This document shows positions 28,972-38,459 of a DNA stretch of 64,000 bases, in pieces. Under the pieces are notes generated by a model. The model worked only from the letters and a program-made list of their open reading frames with translations. It had not been told where the DNA came from and ran no database searches. The translations under genes were made by a program, and so were the position numbers. This DNA comes from Clostridiales bacterium. Lineage in GTDB: Bacteria; Bacillota; Clostridia; Saccharofermentanales; Saccharofermentanaceae. Location of the stretch: contig JAFWDK010000015.1 in assembly GCA_017513085.1 (NCBI GenBank), positions 64,001 through 128,000 on the forward strand, written 5' to 3'. Each line of letters opens with the position of its first letter. Positions within the stretch are counted from its first letter, which is position 1.

Positions 28972-29949
28972 TCATGACCAGCTGTTAAACTTCACGCGCT
29001 CGGAGAAAGCCTTTTTACTCGGCGCATGAAAATCATCCAGTGCTTTTCCCACGGGAAGAATGCAGACCACGTCGTACTCCTCCGGTACCTTCAGGATCGC
29101 ACCGATCTTATCGCAGATCCGGTCCTCGTCCGTGATATGACCCTCGTACCAGCAGCTCTGATAGCCCAGCTCCACGATGGCCAGAAGCATGTTCTCGATG
29201 GCTGCGGAATAATCCTGGATCGCGAAGCATCGGTCACGGTACGCATTGATCCGGCGCGTCAGAACAACGATCATGGCAGGCGCCGTCTGCGCCACCGGCG
29301 GATCCAGCACACCCTTGATTTGGTCAAGCACTTCTTTATCGTCCACGATCACTACATCCGTTGTCTGCTTGTTGCACCCGGACGGGGCGTCGATGCCCGC
29401 CGAAGCAATCGCCCTAAGGTCCTCCTGCGGTACTTTTTCGTCGGCAAAAGCACCTCTATAGCTGTGTCTCGTGGCGATGGTCTGAAGGGCGCTACGAAGC
29501 CCCATGATATAGATCTGGCACGGGTTCGCCTCGTCCCAGACGCTCTCGATGACTTCCATTTCCTTGAAGCCCAGGCTCTTATAGAACGCATTCGTAATGT
29601 CGTAATCCGCGTACATGCCTTCCTTCACGGTCTTGACCTGGATGAAGGAAAAGCCCTGCTGCACCGCATAGTCCTTCGCTGCCGCGAAGAGACGTCGTCC
29701 GTATCCTTTTCTATGGCAGGTCTTAAGGACACCCATCACGGCCAGTTCCATCGTGGCATCGCCCGTCTGCTTCAGGCAGAGAAAACCAACCGGCTTATCG
29801 TCCTCGCACGCCGCCCAGTAGGGCCAGTCCACACATTCACGAATATACTGCTCGCGGCTTTCTTCCACCTCGAACCACTCCGGAAGTGCCTCCAGGATCG
29901 CGCGGGTTATCGTCTTCTTCTCATTTGAATCGGTAATAAATCTAATCAT
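28972..29949 (-). CDS. GNAT::nitroreductase fusion
   Basis: HRKGYGR..FYKSLGF..NPCQIY, then RHSYRG, APSGCNKQ, ENMLLAIVELGYQSCW. Confidence 0.85.
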   Translation of the reverse strand: MIRFITDSNEKKTITRAILEALPEWFEVEESREQYIRECVDWPYWAACEDDKPVGFLCLKQTGDATMELAVMGVLKTCHRKGYGRRLFAAAKDYAVQQGFSFIQVKTVKEGMYADYDITNAFYKSLGFKEMEVIESVWDEANPCQIYIMGLRSALQTIATRHSYRGAFADEKVPQEDLRAIASAGIDAPSGCNKQTTDVVIVDDKEVLDQIKGVLDPPVAQTAPAMIVVLTRRINAYRDRCFAIQDYSAAIENMLLAIVELGYQSCWYEGHITDEDRICDKIGAILKVPEEYDVVCILPVGKALDDFHAPSKKAFSERVKFNSWS

Positions 29950-30086
29950 AGTACCTCCCAAGTACTGTATTTCTGTCGTCTACATAATAGACTACAGCGG
30001 AAGAAAATGCTTTACCTTCTTAGTATACAACATCTTCGTATTTCGGGATTTGTAACAATATTACACGTGCTGTTTTTATGGATCAT

Positions 30087-30551
30087 TCAGTATGCGGCAG
30101 GAGAATTTCCCGGTCTGTAAAAAACCTGATTCGGATAACCGAATTCTTCAGTCAGTTCGCCTTCGATAAAACCGAACTTCCGGTAAAGCGCACGTGGCGC
30201 CGTACCCTTCTCATCACCTTCACGGAAAGTCGATACCGTCACGTCAGAAGAAAGATCCAGCTCAGACAGAGCTTCTTGCAAAAGAATGGAAGCTATGCCC
30301 TGCCGACGGAATTCCGGATCGACTGCCAGGCAGCAGATCATGTTCCGGTTCCTGGAGAAAAGAAGCACACCGGCGATGGTATCCTCTTTCTTTACGCAGA
30401 CCGCCTGCTTCTTTCCCATGAATTTCAAAACCGTATTCTGATGCTCCAGAAGCGCCTCTTCCGTTTCCAGTCCGGGAAAACCTTCACGCACTTTTCGAAC
30501 CAATGCCATCCAGTTCTGTATGTCCGATGATTCTCCATACAAAGCTTTCAT
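30087..30551 (-). CDS. GNAT N-acetyltransferase
   Basis: LAVDPEFRRQGIAS, ALYRKFGF. Confidence 0.88.
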   Translation of the reverse strand: MKALYGESSDIQNWMALVRKVREGFPGLETEEALLEHQNTVLKFMGKKQAVCVKKEDTIAGVLLFSRNRNMICCLAVDPEFRRQGIASILLQEALSELDLSSDVTVSTFREGDEKGTAPRALYRKFGFIEGELTEEFGYPNQVFYRPGNSPAAY

Positions 30552-30570
30552 TTTCTTTTCTCCGTCTCCA

Positions 30571-31866
30571 TCAGAACAGTTCATCCAGAAGGATGTAGTA
30601 GTTTATCTTCTCCCAATCCGGCTCTATTCCAAGCTCTTCAAAAAGCACTTCCGGCCGAATGTCCGGATAGACTTTGCTGCCCCATTTCCCGTCGGCGTTA
30701 TGCTTTAAGCTCCGGTAGCAAAGAGCAATATCCATCCACTTATCGCCGGTTCCGGTATTACCGAGGTCAATCAGTCCGCTGAGTTTTCCGTCCTTGATAA
30801 ACACATTCGGCAGGCAGAAATCGCCGTGAGACAGCACCGGCTCATAAGAAGGCTTGTTTTCCTTAAGCCAGGAAAGAAGCTCGGAAGGGTCTTTAAATCC
30901 ACCTTCTCCGAAGGTCTCCGGTTCCACATCGCTTAAGTCCACCAGATCGTTTTTCACCCGGTACTCTGCTTCCGAAAGAAGCGTATCGAGATCTTCTTTT
31001 CTCGGGCAGCCGGAGATATCGATGCTCCAGAGAAGCTTAAGCGCGTCTGCAAGGACCGGAATCATCTCCTTCGGATGCTCCATATAGTATGGATCGCAGG
31101 CAACGGTGCCCGGGATCCTGCTCATAAGAAGATACCGGTACTTCCCGTCTTTTTCATAGGCGAGGACCTCCGGTACCGGAAGCTTTCCCTTAAGATACCG
31201 CATGACCTCGACAGTCTGATCCTGATTTTCGCAGAACGGTCCTTCTTCCATATCGGCCGGATCCAGGATCTTCTCGCACTTCAGGACGCAGTCATCGAAG
31301 AGAAAGATCCTCGATCCGGATTTTCCCATGTCGTCGATCCGGAATTCTTTGCCGGATACTTTTTCCCGGATGCCTTCCGGAAGTTCCGAGAGAAGGATCT
31401 CCCGGAGTGCTGTGTATTCGCGATAATACATACCTCTACGCATCTCGTCCGTGCCGTCATATTCCGCATGGGTGGAAAAGATCTGAAGGATCTCCCCAAG
31501 CGGCATCCATCTCGGTTCCATGCCGGCTTCGATCTCCCGATCGGTCAGATGGCGCTCGGTCTCACCCGTCACTTCCGCGAGAAAATACTTGTTGAGCCAC
31601 TTACAGTCTTCGTAATATTCGTCGATCTGAAGCACACAAGGAGAAGTTTTGATCACTGCGCCACACTCTTCCGCCACTTCACGGATCACGCACTCTTCAT
31701 CGGTTTCATTCTCTTCGAGACCGCCGCCCGGAAGCATCCATTGATCGTTCTTCGTCTCATAGGACATCAGGATCTTCCCGTCTTTCATGATCACTGCCCG
31801 GCAGCCGGTTCTTGAGCTCGTCCAATTTCCAAAATAGTTGTCACCGATTATATCCAGGATCTTCAT
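30571..31866 (-). CDS. NUDIX hydrolase::aminoglycoside phosphotransferase (APH(3')-like) fusion
   Basis: Nudix box GGGLEENETDEECVIREVAEECG; APH motifs GKSGS, KLPVPEV, SHGDFCLPNVF, IDLG, C-term YYILLDELF. Confidence 0.88.
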   Translation of the reverse strand: MKILDIIGDNYFGNWTSSRTGCRAVIMKDGKILMSYETKNDQWMLPGGGLEENETDEECVIREVAEECGAVIKTSPCVLQIDEYYEDCKWLNKYFLAEVTGETERHLTDREIEAGMEPRWMPLGEILQIFSTHAEYDGTDEMRRGMYYREYTALREILLSELPEGIREKVSGKEFRIDDMGKSGSRIFLFDDCVLKCEKILDPADMEEGPFCENQDQTVEVMRYLKGKLPVPEVLAYEKDGKYRYLLMSRIPGTVACDPYYMEHPKEMIPVLADALKLLWSIDISGCPRKEDLDTLLSEAEYRVKNDLVDLSDVEPETFGEGGFKDPSELLSWLKENKPSYEPVLSHGDFCLPNVFIKDGKLSGLIDLGNTGTGDKWMDIALCYRSLKHNADGKWGSKVYPDIRPEVLFEELGIEPDWEKINYYILLDELF

Positions 31867-31921
31867 GTTTCCCTCGCTTTTTTTCTTTCCTCATTATCCG
31901 AAACTGTGTTTTTTCGGATCT

Positions 31922-32623
31922 TCAGTCAAAAAACTCCGGCTCGTCGAAGACGAATCCGTTATCCAGAAGTTGCTGGATAAGGGTCTTATAGTACTCCGGC
32001 ACCAGTTCTTCTGTTTCATCGTGAGCATGGATCAGAAGAAAATGGCTTCCGTCCTCATCAGTAAGCAAGGACTTTCCCAGCTCCGGATTGACCATCTCCG
32101 CGCGGGCCAGAATATCTTTCATCGTGACACCGCTTCCCGGACGGATCTCGTACTCTGCGAAATCGAATGTCCAGAATGTATCGATATCTTTATCCAATCC
32201 CATCTCTTTCCAGATCTTATAAGGGATCTGGGTATCTTTCACCTTGTTGAAGCCATGCTCCCGGAGATAGTCCTGCAGTGCGTCCTTATTCTCCCCGCCC
32301 TTATCGCCATACGGGAAACGGAACGGCCGGTATTTTCTCTCCACGCCGGCATCCTTATAAAGCTGGTCCAGGAGTTTCTCCGTCTTTTCGATTTCTTCGA
32401 TCGCTTCTTCAAGAGTCAGCTTCGAGAAGAAAGGATGCGTGTAACTGTGGTTGCCGACGATGGCGCCTTTCTGCAACGCATAGACTGCATTATCGTAGTG
32501 CTCTAAAACTCTTTCGCCCCAGGCAAACATCAGGACCGGGATCTTCTTCTCGCAAAGATAATCCACGATCGCACGAGTATTTTTCGAAGCAATATCATCC
32601 ATAGTTAAAACAGCATGTTTCAT
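31922..32623 (-). CDS. Polysaccharide deacetylase (CE4/NodB)
   Basis: LTMDD, GNHSYTH, FRFPYG, AHD. Confidence 0.88.
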   Translation of the reverse strand: MKHAVLTMDDIASKNTRAIVDYLCEKKIPVLMFAWGERVLEHYDNAVYALQKGAIVGNHSYTHPFFSKLTLEEAIEEIEKTEKLLDQLYKDAGVERKYRPFRFPYGDKGGENKDALQDYLREHGFNKVKDTQIPYKIWKEMGLDKDIDTFWTFDFAEYEIRPGSGVTMKDILARAEMVNPELGKSLLTDEDGSHFLLIHAHDETEELVPEYYKTLIQQLLDNGFVFDEPEFFD

Positions 32624-32751
32624 ATTCGGTATATCCTTTCAACATAAGACACAGTATAGAAAAATAGTACCAAACCATATGTGAAAAGAACAGAGTCTGA
32701 AAGTATAGACACGCTATGCAAAGGCAAAAGAACCCCGATCGCGGGTGCTTT

Positions 32752-33690
32752 TTACAAAAAAGTGAGAAGCATGGACATCGCAGGGATCGTAAAGATACAA
32801 AGAAGCGTGGAAAGCAGGATGCAGTTCGCACTCATCTTCTGTTCTTTGCCATGGATCTCCGCCATATTCAGAATGACCGATGCGCAAGGTACAGCGCCGA
32901 GGATGAAAAGGCTCGCTTTGAAAGCATACGGTACCGGAAGGAAGAATGCGACTGCGAAAGAAATAAGCGGAAACAGGATTAGTTTTCCACCACAGATCAG
33001 GTACACGAAAGGCTCGGAGAAAAGTTCTTTGAACTTGATCGTCGAAAGACGGATGCCTAAGATCAGCATACATACGGGCGTTGTCATTTTGCCGAGAAGT
33101 TCGATCGCATTTTTGCATGTACCCGGAATATGCTCCGGCGCCCCGACGATATAAAGCACAAGTCCAACAAGAAGCGAAAGCACTGCCGGGTTGATGATCG
33201 CCGAATGCAGCGATATATACTTCTTATCCAACGTCAGGCAGTACACGGCCGCCGTAAAAACCAGGATGTTCATGGAGATCACGTAGATCGAAGAATAGCA
33301 GGCCACCTCCGGATGATCCGGGAGAAGCGCTTGTATAAGGGGCATACCGAAGAAACCACAGTTGCCAAGTGCGGAACCGATGGCAAGCATCCTGTACTTG
33401 TTGATGTGAAACTTTTTCCGAAGGATCAGGAACAGCGAAAGAAGGAAGGCCACCTCAAACACAAAGGAAACGAGGAAGAATACTCCCATATCCCGCAGCG
33501 CATCCCAGGAAAACTCCATCGAAAAGAAGGACGAGACGATCATGCACGGCGAAAGCACATAGATCAGAACCGCTGACATCGTGGAAAGATGCTCCGCGGA
33601 TGCCTTCTTCGCTTTCCCCAGAATATAACCCGGACACATATACATCAGCGCGACCAGCACACTTAAAAAAGCAGTTTTAAAAGCAAGCAT
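32752..33690 (-). CDS. AEC-family transporter
   Basis: GNCGFFGMP, NPA, multiple TM helices. Confidence 0.88.
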   Translation of the reverse strand: MLAFKTAFLSVLVALMYMCPGYILGKAKKASAEHLSTMSAVLIYVLSPCMIVSSFFSMEFSWDALRDMGVFFLVSFVFEVAFLLSLFLILRKKFHINKYRMLAIGSALGNCGFFGMPLIQALLPDHPEVACYSSIYVISMNILVFTAAVYCLTLDKKYISLHSAIINPAVLSLLVGLVLYIVGAPEHIPGTCKNAIELLGKMTTPVCMLILGIRLSTIKFKELFSEPFVYLICGGKLILFPLISFAVAFFLPVPYAFKASLFILGAVPCASVILNMAEIHGKEQKMSANCILLSTLLCIFTIPAMSMLLTFL

Positions 33691-33722
33691 ATTCCTAAAC
33701 TTTCATCCCCCTAGAAGACCGA

Positions 33723-34205
33723 TCAGGCCTCGTTGACGAGTTTCCCGCTCATATGAACAGGGATGAATTCCAGACACTGCGCGCGGGGAAGCGCATGCTC
33801 CAGTTCGTGCTGAAGATATGCTTCGTCATCCGTAAACTTTTTCGTGATGGCAGTTCCGATCCGGATAGCCATCTCCACGTCATTTACCCGACGGATATGC
33901 CCGCGAATGATCACGCTCTTAATGTTCAATGCCCACTCGCCTTCTTTACGGAATCCCTCGTCGTAGACGCAGAAGCATGCTTTATCGCATTCATCAAGTG
34001 CATCCAGTTTGTGTCCCTCTTTGGCGCCATGGAAATAGATGTGTCCGTCCTCCTCACAAAACCAGTGATTCAACGGGATCGAGTAAGGATACCCTTGTTC
34101 GCCGATCAAAGAGAGAACACCGCGCTTCGTTGTCCGTAAAACTTCCCGGCATTCCTCTTCACTTAATTGCTGTTTAAATCTCCGCATCGGTCGAAACTCA
34201 CTCAT
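33723..34205 (-). CDS. Pyridoxamine-5'-phosphate oxidase-like (Nim nitroimidazole reductase family) protein
   Basis: MRRFKQQL, YPYSIPL, YFHGAKEGHK, SVIIRG, MSGK. Confidence 0.85.
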   Translation of the reverse strand: MSEFRPMRRFKQQLSEEECREVLRTTKRGVLSLIGEQGYPYSIPLNHWFCEEDGHIYFHGAKEGHKLDALDECDKACFCVYDEGFRKEGEWALNIKSVIIRGHIRRVNDVEMAIRIGTAITKKFTDDEAYLQHELEHALPRAQCLEFIPVHMSGKLVNEA

Positions 34206-34329
34206 ACGTCATATCCTCTCCTAAGCAAAATCAGGAGCTATTATACCATGTAAAGCCCGCTTCGTCTTTGCTTCTTCGCATTTTCCGTCAAAACATCCCA
34301 CCCTAAAGGACAATCCTTCCCTTGCTTCT

Positions 34330-34357
34330 ACAAAGAAGCGCTTCTTTGTTGTAAAAT
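34330..34357 (+). promoter_or_regulatory. Perfect 20-bp palindrome directly upstream of the corA -10 box
   Basis: ACAAAGAAGC-GCTTCTTTGT (34330-34349), then TG-TAAAAT. Confidence 0.55.
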
Positions 34358-34429
34358 AGGAATGCAAAAAGCATACATCCGCGCAGGAGACCGATCCTGC
34401 ACGCCGGAAGAGGAGAGGGTATATCGGAT

Positions 34430-35347
34430 ATGTACTACAAAATAGGTGAGCGCATCGAAGAATTCACACCGAAGAGTTTTGATAAACTGGATTTTCAATA
34501 TATAGCCGTAATCAGTTCCGAAGAGTGGATCAAGAACAATAAGAAGTTCAGTATGGGGATCGAGTGGGATATCAACCTCGATGAAATAACCGATACTCAC
34601 GCAGAAGTGAATATCGATTCTTTGACAGGAACGTTCTCCATTCCGAGCCGCAAAAACATCTCCGGACCCAAACACAACTTTGCTTTTGCACTCGACGAGA
34701 AAGGTGTTGTTTTTGTCGATGACGAAGGATTTGCTTTGAAGATCATCGATAAGATCTCCAAGAGCAAGAAGTATATCAACCCTTGCCTGGAGCGTTTCCT
34801 TTACGATTTTCTTGAGAGCATTATCCACAGAGACTATAAGATCATCGAACGTTATGACGCAAGATTAGACCAGATCGAAAAGGATGTCTTAAATGAAGAC
34901 TCCACAGGTTCCATCCGGGAGCTGACCGATATCCGCAGTGAACTTCGCGATCTCCGCATCCATTACGCCCAGCTTATGGATCTGAGCCAGGAACTGGAAG
35001 AGAATGAAAACGACTATTTCAAAGAAGATAACGAGCGCTATTTCCATCTGGTCTTCCAGAGAGTACAGTCCTTACACGAGATGGCTTCTTCACTTTCCGA
35101 TTATACTGCCCATATCCGTGACCTCAATCAGGCGCAGATCGACTTGAAGCAGAACAAGATCATGACGATCCTTACCGTCGTAACCAGCATTTTCATGCCG
35201 CTGACCTTGATCACAGGCTGGTACGGCATGAACTTCGTACATATGCCTGAACTGGCACAACCGGCGGCCTATCCGATCGTGATCGGCGTATGCATCTTTA
35301 TCGCTGTCGCATGTCTGGTGTTTTTCAAGAAGAAAAAGTGGCTGTGA
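34430..35347 (+). CDS. corA: CorA-family Mg2+/Co2+ transporter
   Basis: PLTLITGWYGMNF, MPEL, FKKKKWL. Confidence 0.92.
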   Translation: MYYKIGERIEEFTPKSFDKLDFQYIAVISSEEWIKNNKKFSMGIEWDINLDEITDTHAEVNIDSLTGTFSIPSRKNISGPKHNFAFALDEKGVVFVDDEGFALKIIDKISKSKKYINPCLERFLYDFLESIIHRDYKIIERYDARLDQIEKDVLNEDSTGSIRELTDIRSELRDLRIHYAQLMDLSQELEENENDYFKEDNERYFHLVFQRVQSLHEMASSLSDYTAHIRDLNQAQIDLKQNKIMTILTVVTSIFMPLTLITGWYGMNFVHMPELAQPAAYPIVIGVCIFIAVACLVFFKKKKWL

Positions 35348-35349
35348 CT

Positions 35350-35898
35350 TTAGCGTTCCGCTTTAAGGAGCGAATACCAGCTGGCGTCGCAAATGCCCGT
35401 GTTGTTTCTGTCTGAGCTTCGGAGCGTGCCTTCAAACTTTAACCCGCAGTGTGTCATGACTTTTCCCGAATTCGGGTTTCTCGGGTCGTGATAACTGCAG
35501 ATACGGTTTGCTCCGACCTCATCGAAGAAGAAATCCACGAGTGCCTGCATCGCTTCCGACATGATCCCTTGATGCCAGAACTTTCTTCCCAGGCAATATC
35601 CGATCTGGATCGACTCCGTGCTGTCATTGACCAGCCCGTGGATCGTACCGATGGCTTCTTCTCCATTCTCTTTAAGAGTGATGGCCCAGTGATAGTAGTC
35701 GTTTTTCTCATATTCCGGAAGCCACATACCCAGCACATATTTCGTTGTATCCACATTTTCATGTGTCGGCCATGTCAGAAACTTCGTCACTTCCGGATCC
35801 GACGCCCAGTTTCTGAACATCGCTTCCGCATCGTCCATAGTCAGACGTCGAAGGATCAATCTTTCTGTTTCTAAAATCTTTGTTCCACAATGCTTCAT
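35350..35898 (-). CDS. GNAT (RimJ/RimL-type)
   Basis: LETERLILRR, WHQGIMSEA, NPNSGKVM. Confidence 0.9.
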   Translation of the reverse strand: MKHCGTKILETERLILRRLTMDDAEAMFRNWASDPEVTKFLTWPTHENVDTTKYVLGMWLPEYEKNDYYHWAITLKENGEEAIGTIHGLVNDSTESIQIGYCLGRKFWHQGIMSEAMQALVDFFFDEVGANRICSYHDPRNPNSGKVMTHCGLKFEGTLRSSDRNNTGICDASWYSLLKAER

Positions 35899-36554
35899 TT
35901 TTCTTCCTCCAATATATCCGCTAATTCACTGATCGTATCGATCACATAGTCTGCTCCGGCGGCAAGAAGCGTTTCCCTGTCCGCATTTCCATAAGTCACG
36001 CCGCAAGTGCGCGCACCGGCATTTTTACCCATAAGGATATCCATAGGCATATCCCCTACAACCAAAGCCTGATCTGCTTCACATGACAGATCCTTCAAGG
36101 TTTTCAGGACCGGATCCGGATTCGGCTTCAAAAGCTCTGTATCTTCCTGGGCGAGAATATAGGAGAAGCGCCCGACGATCCCTAACTGATCCAAAAAGCC
36201 AAGCAGGGATCTACGGTTTCGGGATGTCGCGATCGTGCATGTGATACCCTTTTCCTCCAACTGATCCAGGATCTCCAACATGCCGGGAAAAAGCGTCGGC
36301 GGGTCCTTCCGGATCGTCTCATCGAAAAGACTCCGGTAATGCTTCACGCAAAGATCGGCTTCTTCCTCGGAAAGTTCAGGATACATATTTTGAAAACCGG
36401 TCTTAGCCGAATAACCGATCGTCGCCGCACAAGCTTCTTCGTCAGCCACGGGAAGATGCATCCTCCGCATAGTCTCCTGCTTAGCATACACGATTGCTTT
36501 TCGTGTGTCCATGATCGTTCCGTCAAAATCAAATATCACCAGTTGCGTCTTCAA
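35895..36554 (-). CDS. HAD-family phosphatase (phosphoglycolate phosphatase-like)
   Basis: FDFDGT, ATSR, KPNPD, VGD; probable TTG start after AAGGAG. Confidence 0.88.
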   Translation of the reverse strand: MKTQLVIFDFDGTIMDTRKAIVYAKQETMRRMHLPVADEEACAATIGYSAKTGFQNMYPELSEEEADLCVKHYRSLFDETIRKDPPTLFPGMLEILDQLEEKGITCTIATSRNRRSLLGFLDQLGIVGRFSYILAQEDTELLKPNPDPVLKTLKDLSCEADQALVVGDMPMDILMGKNAGARTCGVTYGNADRETLLAAGADYVIDTISELADILEEEK

Positions 36555-36577
36555 ATTCCTTTTGCTCCTTACTAAAC

Positions 36578-37888
36578 TTATTTCTTTTCCACACGCAGGA
36601 CCAGACAGCCATGCGCCGGGATCTCTTGTTTTGAAATGCTTTCCCAGGTATCGAAGATCTCCCCGCTCCATAGCTCGGTGATTTTCGAAAGCTCACTGTA
36701 TCCGGTTTTCTCCGCGCCGGATCCTTCGGCAAAAGCACTTCTCCGTGGCGCATCCGTTAGATTAAACAGTGTTACATACTGCCTGTCTTCAGTCTCGCAA
36801 ACCGCTGTCCACACAGCTTCTTCATCGTTTTGAACAAGAACTTCCGGTTTATACTTCGGTTCTCTCATTGCCAGGATCTCCCGATTGGTAAGAAGGCTCA
36901 CCGTCTTCTCATCCATGGCAGGAAGTTCAGAACCGATCATGAGCGGGGAACCGAAAAGACACCACAAGGATAGCATAGTCCTCTGTTCTTCAAAGGTGAA
37001 ATTCGTAGGCCTTATTTTCCCGAAGCCCTTCCCCAACTTACCGATAGGAAGCATATCGCAGTCCGGATAGCACCCCGGCTTCACATGGTCCTTCCAGGTC
37101 CGGCAGCGGTCAAACATGTCCAAAAGAGATTCCCAGTGATCCCAGAAGTCGTCCGTGATGCGCCACATATTCGCAAATCTCTCATAGTGTGCCGCCTCAT
37201 CGATCAGGGCCGGTCCCGGTGAAAGCGACAGTACGATCGGCCGTCCCGTCTTTTCGATCGCGCGGTGGAGCATCTCCACTTCATGCCTTGCCGAGTAAGG
37301 ATCATGGGGATAAGCATTGGTATTACAGATATCATCGCACTTGATAAAGTCCACGCCCCAGGACGCATAAAGTTCAAGGAGCGAATCGTAGTAGCGCTGC
37401 CCGGCCTCGGTATTTCTTACGCCATACATATCCGGATTCCACTTACTGATCGATGACGGATCCGCGATCTCATCCGCTGTGACTGAAGTTCCCAGGACCG
37501 CGCCGTGAAGATGCGCCGCAAGACGCGGAATTCCCCGCATGATGTGGATGCCGAACTTAAGTCCTTTTGCATGGACATAGTCAGCAAGCTTTTTGAACCC
37601 TGAACCATCCGTCGAAGAAGGAAACCTCTCGGGATCCGGAAGGAAACGGGAGTACTCATCCATCTCCATTTTCGAGAAAGGAATATACTGGAATTCGTCT
37701 CTTCTCGTTCCGGCACCATGGGCGTACCACTGGATATCCACCACCACGTATTCCCAACCGTAGGAAAGAAGGTGCTCGGAAAGATAATCAGCATTGCGCT
37801 TAACGTCTTCTTCCGTCACGGTCGTATCGTAGTAATCGTAACTGTTCCAGCCCATCGGCGGAGTCGGGCAAAAATCGTTCTTATTCAT
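36578..37888 (-). CDS. GH27 glycosidase (alpha-galactosidase/beta-L-arabinopyranosidase)
   Basis: PPMGWNSYD, VVDIQW, WGVDFIKCDD, WRITDDFWD, DCDMLP. Confidence 0.92.
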   Translation of the reverse strand: MNKNDFCPTPPMGWNSYDYYDTTVTEEDVKRNADYLSEHLLSYGWEYVVVDIQWYAHGAGTRRDEFQYIPFSKMEMDEYSRFLPDPERFPSSTDGSGFKKLADYVHAKGLKFGIHIMRGIPRLAAHLHGAVLGTSVTADEIADPSSISKWNPDMYGVRNTEAGQRYYDSLLELYASWGVDFIKCDDICNTNAYPHDPYSARHEVEMLHRAIEKTGRPIVLSLSPGPALIDEAAHYERFANMWRITDDFWDHWESLLDMFDRCRTWKDHVKPGCYPDCDMLPIGKLGKGFGKIRPTNFTFEEQRTMLSLWCLFGSPLMIGSELPAMDEKTVSLLTNREILAMREPKYKPEVLVQNDEEAVWTAVCETEDRQYVTLFNLTDAPRRSAFAEGSGAEKTGYSELSKITELWSGEIFDTWESISKQEIPAHGCLVLRVEKK

Positions 37889-37904
37889 CGCATTACCTCA
37901 GCTT

Positions 37905-38417
37905 TCAGCGAAAATATTCTTCTTTTAAGATCTCCATCTCGATGACATTGACCGGCTCTTTTTCCGTGATACCTGCATCGTGAAAACCAACCTTTTTATA
38001 GCATGCATGTGCCCGGTCGTTATTCTCGAAAACGCCGATGGTGATCTTTTCGACACCAAGGATCTCGAAGGCATACTTCATTCCGAGACGCAGCATCTCG
38101 GTACCGTAACCCTTACCGCGGTTCGTACAGTCGATGACGACCCAGCCGAAACGGAGCAACTTCGTATCTCCGTTTAAGTAACGCATGATGAAGCTTCCCA
38201 CCACGCCGTTTTCGTCGTCAAAAGCGACCCACGGATAGAAATTATCCGGTTCCTCGCAAAGTCCGTTCTTATTCTTAAACATGTCCGCGATGATCTCCGC
38301 ATCGATCGGATACTCACCGAAAAGATCTCCGCCCCATTTGTGGAACACGTCTTTATCCTGCACCCACTGCGCGATCTTCTTTGCATCCGCTTCTTTATAT
38401 TGTCTCAATCTAAGCAT
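37905..38417 (-). CDS. GNAT N-acetyltransferase
   Basis: RGKGYG, NNDRAHACYKKVGF. Confidence 0.9.
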   Translation of the reverse strand: MLRLRQYKEADAKKIAQWVQDKDVFHKWGGDLFGEYPIDAEIIADMFKNKNGLCEEPDNFYPWVAFDDENGVVGSFIMRYLNGDTKLLRFGWVVIDCTNRGKGYGTEMLRLGMKYAFEILGVEKITIGVFENNDRAHACYKKVGFHDAGITEKEPVNVIEMEILKEEYFR

Positions 38418-38459
38418 ATGATTTTCTCTCCTTTTTCCGCTCTATATTCTACTGAAAAA

